Source of the DNA: Actinomycetes bacterium
GTDB lineage: Bacteria; Actinomycetota; Acidimicrobiia; Acidimicrobiales; SZUA-35
Assembly: GCA_024280015.1 (NCBI GenBank)
Contig: JAJRQY010000064.1
Coordinates: 29,254 to 93,253 of the forward strand
Direction of reading: 5' to 3'
DNA length: 64,000 nt
Part shown: positions 19,854 to 28,698 of the stretch, piece after piece
Layout: every line of letters starts with the position of its first letter
Numbering within the stretch: the stretch's first letter is position 1
Notes under the pieces: model-generated
Database searches by the model: none
What the model was told of the DNA's origin: nothing
Seen by the model: the letters and a program-made list of their open reading frames with translations, nothing else
Translations under genes and position numbers: made by a program

Positions 19854-21121
19854 GCCCCCGTTTGTAAGGGTGAGGGCGGCTGTGAGGGCGGCTGTGAGGG
19901 AGACGGCGAGGGTGGAATCGGCTGAACCTGTGTCGATGCCCACGATGGAGCCGCAACTGGCTGTGATGGCTGTGCCGACTGTGCCTGTGGCACCTGTGCT
20001 GGCTGTGCTACCTGTGCTGGCTGTGCTGGCTGTGCTACCTGTGCTGGCTGTGCTACCTGAGCGTGGTTGCCGGCAGATACGTCATCAGAAGCATCAGTGG
20101 CGACCGGAGCAGGGACTTGCTGCAGGACTTCGGCAATCACCTGTTCTGGTTTCACTCCACGGACCCACTGGTCAGGCAAGAGGAGGATGCGATGGGCAAG
20201 GACGGGGATGGCTAAGGCCTTGACATCGTCTGGCAACACAAATGTCCGACCAGCCATCGCAGCCCTCGCTCGGGTGGCCTTCAGCAACCCGAGCGAGCCA
20301 CGGGGACTTGCTCCGGCAATCGTGCGAGTACTAGCACGAGTAGCTTCAACCAGCGCGACGATATAGCGGGCTACCGGCTCACTGACATGGACCATCTCCA
20401 CCAGCTTCTGGAGTTGAACAACCTGCTCAGAAGTGAGAACCTGATCCAGAGCTAAGCGCTCGGTTTGACGTTCTGCCCGCTTCAGGATCAGGAACACTTC
20501 ATCCTCGGTGGACGGATAGCCAATCCCGGTCCGAACCAGGAAACGATCCATCTGGGCTTCGGGCAACGGATAGGTGCCTTCAGATTCAATCGGGTTTTGG
20601 GTTCCAATTACCATGAACGGCTTCGGCAATGGGCGCGTCTCACCATCCACTGTGACCTGTCGTTCTTCCATGGCCTCTAACAGGGCCGACTGGGTCTTTG
20701 GTGGAGCCCGGTTGATCTCATCGCCAAGGACAAGGTTGGCGAAAATGGGGCCTGGCTTGAACTCGACCCCACCTTGGGTGTTGCCGCCGGTGAACACCGC
20801 AGCCCCGGTGATGTCGGCGGGAATCAGGTCAGGAGTGAACTGGATTCGAGAGAATCCCAAACCTGATGCTTCCGCCAAGGCCCGAGCCGTTGCCGTCTTG
20901 GCCACTCCAGGAACATCTTCCAAGAGCACGTGGCCGTCAGCCAGCAACGCAGTGACGATGAGTTCCATCGTCTGACGTTTGCCGACAATGGCCCGTTCCA
21001 TCTGGTTGACCAGGCGTTCGCTCGCAGTTTGAACATCAGCAATCGAAGGGGCGCTGGTCGCGGTACTGCTGGCAGCGGTACTGCTGACTGCTTGATTGCT
21101 CGTCGTGTCGTTGTCTATCAA
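19850..21121 (-). CDS. MoxR-family AAA+ ATPase with a repetitive Ala/Gln/Pro C-terminal tail
   Basis: AAA_3 core is VLLEDVPGVAKT...DEINRAPPKTQSALLEAMEERQVT. The tail is AQVAQPAQVAQPAQPAQVAQPAQVPQAQ... Confidence 0.9.
   Translation of the reverse strand: MIDNDTTSNQAVSSTAASSTATSAPSIADVQTASERLVNQMERAIVGKRQTMELIVTALLADGHVLLEDVPGVAKTATARALAEASGLGFSRIQFTPDLIPADITGAAVFTGGNTQGGVEFKPGPIFANLVLGDEINRAPPKTQSALLEAMEERQVTVDGETRPLPKPFMVIGTQNPIESEGTYPLPEAQMDRFLVRTGIGYPSTEDEVFLILKRAERQTERLALDQVLTSEQVVQLQKLVEMVHVSEPVARYIVALVEATRASTRTIAGASPRGSLGLLKATRARAAMAGRTFVLPDDVKALAIPVLAHRILLLPDQWVRGVKPEQVIAEVLQQVPAPVATDASDDVSAGNHAQVAQPAQVAQPAQPAQVAQPAQVPQAQSAQPSQPVAAPSWASTQVQPIPPSPSPSQPPSQPPSPLQTGA
19958..20058. repeat. 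9-bp-period tandem repeat inside the moxR 3' region
   Basis: Units CTGTGCTGG / CTGTGCTAC iterate about 11 times on the plus strand and encode (AQP/AQV)n on the minus strand. A second array of a 12-bp unit, about 2.6 copies, lies at 19870..19900 (PSQP repeats). Confidence 0.85.
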
Positions 21122-21182
21122 GGTGCGCCGTCCATCTTGTGATTGAGCTTTGCTAGTAAAGACCTGTGTGATCTATCGGAAA

Positions 21183-21536
21183 TTATTGGCCAACCGTGAG
21201 GGGCTCAAGTTCAAGCTTCCTCTCCAGACGCTCAACCAAGGCTTCGACCGCATGCTCTGATGTGCCCAAGGTCTGCGACGAATCAAGCCCGACCGAGTGG
21301 CAATAGCCCCGCACCATCATCAGCGTGTGGTCGGGGTTGCCCTTGAGGTTCGCGGCGATTGAGGTGACATCCCACGCTTGTGACTTCAGGCCATGAACAT
21401 CCTGAACAATGGCAACAATTGGCCCTGCTGATTGTGAACCCAGGGCCAGCTTGTTACGCGTGGCAAGCGCGTACACCAGCACCACGCTGACGGCGAGGAA
21501 GGCAAAGAGGGGAAAGAGTTCCGCGAGAGTGCTCAT
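21183..21536 (-). CDS. Hypothetical membrane-anchored protein
   Basis: 117-aa ORF with an N-terminal TM helix (LFPLFAFLAVSVVLVYALA). It lies between the DUF4129 and moxR genes on the same strand. Confidence 0.5.
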   Translation of the reverse strand: MSTLAELFPLFAFLAVSVVLVYALATRNKLALGSQSAGPIVAIVQDVHGLKSQAWDVTSIAANLKGNPDHTLMMVRGYCHSVGLDSSQTLGTSEHAVEALVERLERKLELEPLTVGQ

Positions 21537-21564
21537 GAGGACGGCCTACTCACTGGACGGTTGC

Positions 21565-22674
21565 TCACTGGAATGCCCGCTGAACCAGGTTGCGCAGTTC
21601 TGCTACCGCTTTATCCCGTTGCTCGCTGGTTGCAGCCCGGTCACCAAAGCGAATCGCGCTATAGCGATTGGTCAGAGTTCGCAAGATTGAGGCCAGCTCA
21701 GGCTCAGTCGCTGCGACTGCGTCACACCATTCGAACGGAGTCTGTTCTGAATGACGGGGAATCAGCTGACCCATACCTTGCTCGGCATAGGCATAGACCT
21801 GTCGGATGGCCTGGGTCGGATCAGGGTTGGCAAGCAGCTCAGCTAGATACGCCTCAAACGCTTCCCACGTTGTTGCCGGTCGATGACCGGCAACTTCGAC
21901 AGGGGCCAGAACCGGCCCTTCACGGAGCTGGAACTTTGGCTTCATGGCGACGAACCACCAAACGGTTCCCGCTATTGCCAGCAAGGCAATCAGGATGATG
22001 ATCAGATTACGACCACTCGGGATCCAGCCGGACCCGTTCGAACCTCGATCGGAGTCCTCGGGAAGTGCCTGTTGGTCGCCACCCTGATCTCCCTCGACGA
22101 ATTCGATATCGGTGTCTCGGGCGCTCAGCCCATCACCAAGATCAATTCGACCATCAGAATCCCGGTCGAGGTCCAAATCATTGCCGTTTCGGTCAACAGC
22201 TTGGATGCCATTCTCGCCAACCTGAATCTGTGTGACCGACCCGTCAGGCTGAATCAAGGAGAATCCCCCATCAGCTGTTGGGACAAGAATAGTTTCGCCG
22301 GAGACATCATCCCCGGGGGCGAATGGGGTGAAGGTTCCATCGTCATTGACCACCATGCCAGCGACGTTCCCGTCCGGGTCCGGCTCAAACACAAGGGTCT
22401 TGATGTCACCATCAGAACCCCGACCAAGAACTTCTCCATCGTTCAGACTGAATTCAACAACATCACCCTCAGCAGTCTCAAAGAAAAGTCGGGTGGCGTC
22501 CTGGTCCTCAAATCGTTCTTGCTGGGCCTGTTCAATCTTGACGCGATCAATGAACCCTTGTCTTGATTCTGTGTCGATGGCTAGGGATGCCAGAACAAGG
22601 ACCAATATGGCCGCCGGAATCGCTAACCATCGCATCCACGGAGGGGGCCCCTCATTGACTACGACTGGTTGCAC
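21565..22674 (-). CDS. DUF4129 domain-containing membrane protein
   Basis: It has an N-terminal TM helix, an acidic Asp/Gly-rich middle and a second TM helix. The C-terminal region (TWEAFEAYLAELL...YAYAEQGMG...EQTPFEW...LTNRYSAIRFG) is typical of DUF4129. Confidence 0.7.
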   Translation of the reverse strand: MQPVVVNEGPPPWMRWLAIPAAILVLVLASLAIDTESRQGFIDRVKIEQAQQERFEDQDATRLFFETAEGDVVEFSLNDGEVLGRGSDGDIKTLVFEPDPDGNVAGMVVNDDGTFTPFAPGDDVSGETILVPTADGGFSLIQPDGSVTQIQVGENGIQAVDRNGNDLDLDRDSDGRIDLGDGLSARDTDIEFVEGDQGGDQQALPEDSDRGSNGSGWIPSGRNLIIILIALLAIAGTVWWFVAMKPKFQLREGPVLAPVEVAGHRPATTWEAFEAYLAELLANPDPTQAIRQVYAYAEQGMGQLIPRHSEQTPFEWCDAVAATEPELASILRTLTNRYSAIRFGDRAATSEQRDKAVAELRNLVQRAFQ

Positions 22675-22762
22675 TACTCAACAGTGTCGGCGATGGATGG
22701 GGCGTCCTTAAGTCGCCCCTCCAGAAATCATCGCTATCGAGCAGTCGCTACTCGTCCGGCTG

Positions 22763-23866
22763 TTACTTCTCGAACAGCTCGCTCTGGAGCACGCCATCAA
22801 CCACAACAGATACGCCATCAAGCTCGACGGTGTGGTTGCGCATTGGCAGGTCGAAGTGTCCTCGACAGAATCGGTTGGCAACCTCATTGGCACCGGTTGA
22901 GTACAAGAAGTTCCCACTGAAGGCTCGCAACTCGGTCCCATTGATCTGGCTCTTGTCCCACATCGCCAAGACATCCCAACGCGCTCCGGCGTTCATGCCG
23001 AACCCGACATGGCTCGTGGCATACGCGTCTTGCTCACCGAAGGACTCAAGGTAGGAAGCAAACAGCTCAGCATCAAAATTGGCGCCATTTCCTCCACCAC
23101 CCGAAAATCGATTGCCACCAGTGATTGAGGTGATGTGATCATTCTCGATGGTAAGCACGATTTCGGAACGCACATATTCCTTGAACGTCAGGTTCATGTC
23201 GCCGGGCGCCATCACCACCGTCCCATTCACGGTTCCAGCTTTGGGGAAGGCCAGGACTAGGCCTCCGGGCCAGTGGGCAATATCGCCGGGCTCGGTAGTT
23301 GCTCCCCAGGAGGCAGCGACAAAGGAATCGGTCAGGTCAACAGTCAGATCGGTTCCCGCTGGTGAGGTGGCGCGCATGACCTTGGTCGAGCGCATCATGT
23401 CGGCCGCTCGCTCAACTTGTCCACGAAGCTCGGGATCGTGCCCAAGGCGCTCATAGTTCTCCGGATGCTCGTTGGAGATCATTAGGACCCGGCAGCCGTC
23501 GCTCAGGATGTCACCAAGTTCAAGGGCGTGGACCAGGCCCTCAACGGTGCAGTCAGCAACAAAGGTCGCTGCTGCTAAGCCAGCAACTGCGGCCGGGTGA
23601 CCGGCCAATGCCTGTGACGCCCCCGTTGATCGGATTGGAACCGGACCCCGGTTAGGTGGTGTGTCCATCACGAAGTGGGCCACATGATGACCCATGGACC
23701 CCAAGGCCAGGCGGGCTGTCTCAACCAGCTCTGGGCGACTAGCCGTCTCGGACAACAAAACAACAGTGTCCTCAGCAGTCACCGCACACAACTCAAACTG
23801 CTGGACGAACCGTTCGATCCAATTCCACTCAACACGCGTCATCGTTCGGTCCTCATCGTCACTCAT
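22763..23866 (-). CDS. NicX-like 2,5-dihydroxypyridine 5,6-dioxygenase / M29-aminopeptidase-fold protein
   Basis: The blocks HWPGGLV, AFSGNFLYSTGAN and GHFDLPMRN resemble my recollection of Pseudomonas putida NicX (HWPSGF, AFYGNFLFSTGPN, HLDIPLRN). There is an ATGA overlap with the upstream acyl-CoA dehydrogenase. Confidence 0.7.
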   Translation of the reverse strand: MSDDEDRTMTRVEWNWIERFVQQFELCAVTAEDTVVLLSETASRPELVETARLALGSMGHHVAHFVMDTPPNRGPVPIRSTGASQALAGHPAAVAGLAAATFVADCTVEGLVHALELGDILSDGCRVLMISNEHPENYERLGHDPELRGQVERAADMMRSTKVMRATSPAGTDLTVDLTDSFVAASWGATTEPGDIAHWPGGLVLAFPKAGTVNGTVVMAPGDMNLTFKEYVRSEIVLTIENDHITSITGGNRFSGGGGNGANFDAELFASYLESFGEQDAYATSHVGFGMNAGARWDVLAMWDKSQINGTELRAFSGNFLYSTGANEVANRFCRGHFDLPMRNHTVELDGVSVVVDGVLQSELFEK

Positions 23867-25068
23867 GCACCTGCGTGGTACTTCGTTTGTTCATCATCGT
23901 AGATCCCGTAACGAGCGAGCCGGCCTAGCAGGACCTCAACTCCCCATGGAAGCATGGTGGCGCCACATCGGGCATCGCGATACATCCGTTCCAACGGATA
24001 CTTCTTCAGCAGCGAACGACCTCCGCAAACGCGGATGGCCATGGAGGCCACCTCCGGGGCGTTGTCCATCGAAGTCAACACCGAGATCCATGCTCGACGT
24101 AACTTCTCCGGATCCGGATCGATGCCCGCCTCTCGGATCACCGAGTGGAGCAAGGTCCTGGCGTGTTCGTACTGGATCTGCATCTTGGCCCAACCTGCTT
24201 GCTTGGCCGCAACATCTCGTCGTGCACTTGGTCCTGCATCACCTCGAAGGTACGACTCAGTGAAGTCCAGAATCCCTCGCATCAATCCCACATAAGCAAA
24301 GGACAGCGTCATGTAGAAGTACGGGAAGTGCTCGGCTGCCTTATCAAAGCCTCCAGGGGGAAGCAGCTCATTCTCCGCTGGAACAAAGACATTCTTGAAA
24401 ATCAGGTCCATGGAGACGGTGCCCCGCATGCCAAGTGGGTTCCAGTCGCCGTCAATGGTGACACCCTCCGCCTCAGCGTCAAGAGACAAGAAGCGCACCG
24501 TCGGGTCCCCAGGCACCACACAGATGACGTTGTGACGATTGGCTGATCCGGCCAGAGAAGCGAAGATTTTCTTGCCGTTGACCAAGAAGCCACCATCGAC
24601 CGGAGTTGCGGTGGTGGCGATACCAGTTGTTGCTCCGGTGGAGATTCCTTCGGAGAAGGGCTGGGCATGAATATCGCCGTTGTCGACCACACCCTTATAC
24701 ATGGCATTTCGGCGTTCGTTGTGCAGCGCTCTCTCCTCAGGGGTGAAGTCCAAGACATCAGCGATAGGGCCAGTCAGCAACATGGTGGCGGTGTGCATAT
24801 TGAACGTGAGGGCAGTCGAACCACAGTGACGACCGATCTCCTCGGCAACCAAGGCATAGGTGGCAAAGTCTGCTCCAAGTCCACCCTGGTCCTCGGGGAT
24901 ACACAGGGCGAGGAATCCGATCTGGCGAAGGTCAGCAAAGTTGCCGGTTGGGAAGGCCGCATCAATGTCTGTTTGGATCGCCCGTTCCTTGAACTTGGGG
25001 CCCAACTTGGCCACCATTGCCACCAGCTCTCGTTGACGGTCGGTTGGCCATGCATTGCTATCGCTCAT
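23863..25068 (-). CDS. Acyl-CoA dehydrogenase family protein
   Basis: The start is at ATG 25068, preceded by a GAGGAG-type RBS. The ACAD-like profile includes LCIPEDQGGLG and FKNVFVPAENELL. Confidence 0.85.
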   Translation of the reverse strand: MSDSNAWPTDRQRELVAMVAKLGPKFKERAIQTDIDAAFPTGNFADLRQIGFLALCIPEDQGGLGADFATYALVAEEIGRHCGSTALTFNMHTATMLLTGPIADVLDFTPEERALHNERRNAMYKGVVDNGDIHAQPFSEGISTGATTGIATTATPVDGGFLVNGKKIFASLAGSANRHNVICVVPGDPTVRFLSLDAEAEGVTIDGDWNPLGMRGTVSMDLIFKNVFVPAENELLPPGGFDKAAEHFPYFYMTLSFAYVGLMRGILDFTESYLRGDAGPSARRDVAAKQAGWAKMQIQYEHARTLLHSVIREAGIDPDPEKLRRAWISVLTSMDNAPEVASMAIRVCGGRSLLKKYPLERMYRDARCGATMLPWGVEVLLGRLARYGIYDDEQTKYHAGA

Positions 25069-25089
25069 GCGAATGATTCTCCTCGGTTC

Positions 25090-25153
25090 GTGCTTGGTCT
25101 GTGCTTGATTTGTGCTTGGTCCTGCTGCTCGATCTTGCTGCTTGATCTTGCTG
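25090..25153. repeat. Compound short tandem repeats filling the spacer between the monooxygenase/OYE gene and the ACAD gene
   Basis: GTGCTTGRTYY (11 bp) occurs 3 times at 25090..25122. TGCTGCTYGATCT (13 bp) then occurs 2.4 times at 25123..25153. Confidence 0.85.
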
Positions 25154-27535
25154 TTAATGCAAGTCAGACTTGGTAAAGGTCGGCTCTTGCTCACGACGCC
25201 GAGCACTCTTCCCCGTCAGGTATTGACGCGGCCACTCAAGACCTTCATAGCCTTGGTCCAACGCCGCGTTCATCGTCCAATAGGGGTCGATGAGGTGGGG
25301 GCGGGCCAAGGCGCAGAGGTCGGCTCGACCGGCAACCAGGATGGTGTTCACGTCATCAACACTGGCGACACCACCAACGGTCATGGTCGGGATCCCAGCT
25401 TCCAAACGGATACGTTCGGCGAACGGAACTTGATAGAGGCGGCCGTACTCGGGATCGCTGGCTGGATCGGTCTGACCAGTGGAAACGTCGATCAGGTCGG
25501 CTCCAGCCTTGTGCAAGCCACGGGCGATTTCTAGTGCATCCTTCTCATCGTTTCCACCTTCGATCCAGTCAGAGGCCGAGATGCGCACAAACACCGGACG
25601 ATTCGACGGCCAGGCCTTGCGAACGGCCTCAATGACCCGAATGGGGAACCGGAGTCGGTTCTCCATTGAGCCTCCAAAATCATCAGTTCGTTTATTTGTT
25701 ATCGGGCTTAAGAAGCAAGCAAGTAAGTAGCCATGGGCGGCATGGACTTCGACCAGGTCAAAGCCAGCAACGACGGCTCGTTCGGTGGCGGCCACATAGT
25801 CGCCAACAACCTGATCCATCTGTTCCACCGTCATCTCTTGTGGAGTCTGACTTCCCTCGGCATAGGGAATGGGGGAAGCTGAGATCAAGGGCCAATTCTT
25901 GGTAGCTCCATCGCTGCCCGGCCCATCGCTGCCTGGTCCATCGCTGCCTGGTCCATCAACAAGTGGTTCGTCATCAAGCGGTTCGTCCATGCCTTCCCAA
26001 GCAACCTTGGTTGAACCTTTCCGGCCAGCATGGCCAAGCTGGAGCCCAATCTTGGACTGGGTCTCACCATGAACAAAATCGACGATGCCCTTCCAGGCGG
26101 CGGCCTGCTCGTCATTCCAAATTCCCGCACAACCCGGCGTGATTCGAGCATCTCGACTGATGGCCGCCATTTCCGTCATGACCAGTCCGGCTCCACCAAC
26201 CGCCCTACTTCCAAGATGGACTTCGTGCCAACGATCGGGCATGCCTTCGGTGGCGCAGTATTGCGACATGGCGGAGACGACCACTCGATTGGGTAGCCGG
26301 AGGCCACCAATTTCATAGGGGTGGAACATGGGCGGAGTCTTCGCATCAGCGGGACGAGTTGACTCGGGCTGGTGCTCCCACCAATCAGCAAGAACCGCGT
26401 CAATGAAGCCTTGATCGCGCATTGCCAGGTTGTCATAGGTGACTCGTAGCGAGCGAGTCATCATGGAGAAGTTGAACTGGTGTGCGGATAGGCCCCAACG
26501 CAAACCAACATCCTCGAACCATCGCTGACTGGTTACAGCCGAACGCTGCAATGAGTCGGCTCCCGGACGCCGCTCCGCCTCATAGCGAGCCAACGCCGAG
26601 GCAATATCATCTTCATGCTCAACCGCACTGGCCAGAGCAACCGCATCCTCCAAGGCAAGTTTGGTTCCCGAACCAATGGAGTAGTGGGCGGTGTGGACAG
26701 CGTCACCGATAAGGACCACATTGTCGAAAGACCAATTCTTGTTGCTGACGCCGGGAAACGCCCGCCAAACCGAACCGTTTGGAATCAAGGGATAGCCATC
26801 AAGATGGTCGGCGAAAAGAGCTTCACAAGTGCTGACGGCAAGATCATCGGTCTCACCCGGGGCGAACTTCTGGTCGGCGGTGGCATCAAGACCAAGGCCG
26901 CGCCAGGTATCGCCATCCATCTCGACAATAAAGGTGCAGAGCTCATCGTCGTATGGATAGACGTGGGCTTGCACAATTCCGTGCGGTGTCTCCTCGAAGA
27001 GGAAGGTAAAGCGGTCGAACTTCTGCTTGGTTCCGAGCCAGACAAAGCGCGTATCTGATACCGGCATAGTCAGTTGGAATTCATCAGCCCACGTATCCCG
27101 GACCAAGCTGCTGAGTCCGTCGCAACCAATGACGAGGTCGGCATCACGGTACGCATTGGGATCACCGATCTCGGTGAGGTAGCGAATCTCTACTCCAAGC
27201 TCAAGGGCTCGCTTACCCAAAATCTGGAGCAGGCGAAGACGAGACAAGGCGGCAAATCCATGACCGTCGCTGGTGATGGTTTGGCCCTTGGCCACGGTGT
27301 CCATCTGGGTCCAGTAGCGCATCTCGGCTTCAATGGCGGCGATCGAGACTGGATCGCCGTCGGCGAAGTTAGCCAGCGTCTCATCGGAGAAGACCACGCC
27401 GAAACCCCAGGTGAAGTCGGGTCCGCTTCGCTCAGTAACCCGAACCTGGCACGTTGGATCAGCCAGCTTTAGCAAGATGGCGGTGAACAACCCTCCGGGC
27501 CCACCACCCAAACACTCAACACGCATCCCCTTCAT
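25154..27535 (-). CDS. Bifunctional FAD-monooxygenase / Old-Yellow-Enzyme reductase (salicylyl-CoA 5-hydroxylase or 2-aminobenzoyl-CoA monooxygenase/reductase type)
   Basis: The N-terminal half is a FAD monooxygenase (CLGGGPGGLF..., GDAVHTAHYSIGSGTKLA). The C-terminal half is an OYE/NADH:flavin oxidoreductase (LPNRVVVSAMSQY..., VEVHAAHGYLL). The start is uncertain (ATG 27535 or 27526). Confidence 0.85.
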   Translation of the reverse strand: MKGMRVECLGGGPGGLFTAILLKLADPTCQVRVTERSGPDFTWGFGVVFSDETLANFADGDPVSIAAIEAEMRYWTQMDTVAKGQTITSDGHGFAALSRLRLLQILGKRALELGVEIRYLTEIGDPNAYRDADLVIGCDGLSSLVRDTWADEFQLTMPVSDTRFVWLGTKQKFDRFTFLFEETPHGIVQAHVYPYDDELCTFIVEMDGDTWRGLGLDATADQKFAPGETDDLAVSTCEALFADHLDGYPLIPNGSVWRAFPGVSNKNWSFDNVVLIGDAVHTAHYSIGSGTKLALEDAVALASAVEHEDDIASALARYEAERRPGADSLQRSAVTSQRWFEDVGLRWGLSAHQFNFSMMTRSLRVTYDNLAMRDQGFIDAVLADWWEHQPESTRPADAKTPPMFHPYEIGGLRLPNRVVVSAMSQYCATEGMPDRWHEVHLGSRAVGGAGLVMTEMAAISRDARITPGCAGIWNDEQAAAWKGIVDFVHGETQSKIGLQLGHAGRKGSTKVAWEGMDEPLDDEPLVDGPGSDGPGSDGPGSDGATKNWPLISASPIPYAEGSQTPQEMTVEQMDQVVGDYVAATERAVVAGFDLVEVHAAHGYLLACFLSPITNKRTDDFGGSMENRLRFPIRVIEAVRKAWPSNRPVFVRISASDWIEGGNDEKDALEIARGLHKAGADLIDVSTGQTDPASDPEYGRLYQVPFAERIRLEAGIPTMTVGGVASVDDVNTILVAGRADLCALARPHLIDPYWTMNAALDQGYEGLEWPRQYLTGKSARRREQEPTFTKSDLH
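25907..25957. repeat. 15-bp tandem repeat x3.4 inside the OYE half (encodes GPGSD x3)
   Basis: TCCATCGCTGCCYGG units. An adjacent imperfect 15-bp pair lies at 25961..25990 (DEPL repeats). Confidence 0.9.
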
Positions 27536-27698
27536 CGGTTCCCCTTTTCTCAGCGATCTGACCGGCCGCAAAGTGAACTCTCGCCGACCCAGCGGCCAGC
27601 AGCATGATGGTCCACGAGACGACGATTGGACCGTACTACATTATTTTGACGATCGTACAATCAAGCGTATATTCCCGAATTGGGACTACAGTCACAAC

Positions 27699-28574
27699 AT
27701 GAAGCGAGAGCCAGCTACCACCAACTCCGCGTCGCAAGTCCAACCACGGTCTGCCATCATTTCTCTCTTTGGTGGCTGGCTCGTCTTCATGGACAACTGG
27801 ATCGCCATCGCTGACCTCGTTGCCCTGATGGAGACTCTGAACCTGGAAGGTCCTGCCGTGCGTGCGGCTGTTGGCCGACTCAAGAAACGCGGGCTTCTGG
27901 AAGCAACGACCAAGGAAGGCATCGCCGGGTATTCAGCCACCACGGAACTTCAAGCAGTCCTCGACAAGGGTGAGTCACGTATCTTCAGCACCGAAGTACC
28001 AGCCGACTTGTCCGATGGCTGGGTATTGGCCATCTTCTCCGTCCCCGAATCAAAGCGAGAGCAACGTCGCCAGCTTCGAAACCAGCTCACATCCCTTGGC
28101 TTTGGCCCAATCGCTTCGGGAGTACTCATGGCGCCATCACGCGTTGAGGCCGACGCCAAAGACCTGATGGTCCGCAATGGACTTGACCAGTACGTCCACT
28201 TCTTCCGATCCGACCATGTCGGTTTTGGCCCAATCACCGAACTGGTTGAGACGGCGTGGGATTCAGAACAGTTGGGCTTGGAGTACATGAGATTCAACGA
28301 ACGCAACCACAAGGCAACCGAACTCACGGTGGCTTCAGCCACACCCAACCGGCAGGCGTTCATCTCCTGCATGCAGGCGTTGGAGGACTGGCGACCCTTG
28401 TCGTATCGAGACCCGGGCTTACCAGATGAGATACACGCCTTCGCCGCTGAGCGAAGAATGGCCAGAAAGCTCTTTGCTAGGGTCGGCGACCAGCTCAAGA
28501 TGCAAGCCGATGACTTCGTCAAGGACAGCATGCGCCAGTACACCAATGGCAGACTCACCGCAGACCAGACATGA
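27699..28574 (+). CDS. PaaX family transcriptional repressor
   Basis: The internal ATG 27699 gives MKREPATT...SAIISLFGG...VALMETLNLEGPAVRAAVGRLKKRGLL, a PaaX-type N-terminal wHTH. The gene is divergent from the monooxygenase operon. Confidence 0.8.
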   Translation: MKREPATTNSASQVQPRSAIISLFGGWLVFMDNWIAIADLVALMETLNLEGPAVRAAVGRLKKRGLLEATTKEGIAGYSATTELQAVLDKGESRIFSTEVPADLSDGWVLAIFSVPESKREQRRQLRNQLTSLGFGPIASGVLMAPSRVEADAKDLMVRNGLDQYVHFFRSDHVGFGPITELVETAWDSEQLGLEYMRFNERNHKATELTVASATPNRQAFISCMQALEDWRPLSYRDPGLPDEIHAFAAERRMARKLFARVGDQLKMQADDFVKDSMRQYTNGRLTADQT

Positions 28575-28586
28575 TTACAGCGACTA

Positions 28587-28667
28587 CCAGCTGAACGATT
28601 GCCAGCTGAACGATTGCCAGCTGAACGATTGCCAGCTGGACGATTGCCAGCTGGACGATTGCCAGCG
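28587..28667. repeat. 15-bp tandem repeat x5.4 in the paaX-hpaB-like spacer
   Basis: CCAGCTGAACGATTG occurs 3 times, then CCAGCTGGACGATTG 2 times, then a partial unit. The array starts 13 nt after the paaX stop and ends 32 nt before the ATG at 28699. Confidence 0.95.
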
Positions 28668-28698
28668 GCATGAATCAGCCAACAGACCTGGAGCACAG

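Noticed and set aside
28587-28667. Possibility that the tandem arrays (also 40052..40161, 47316..47393 and 48060..48119) are CRISPR arrays
   Set aside because: The units abut one another with no unique spacers. The units are 11-22 bp, too short for CRISPR repeats. No cas genes are present in the window.
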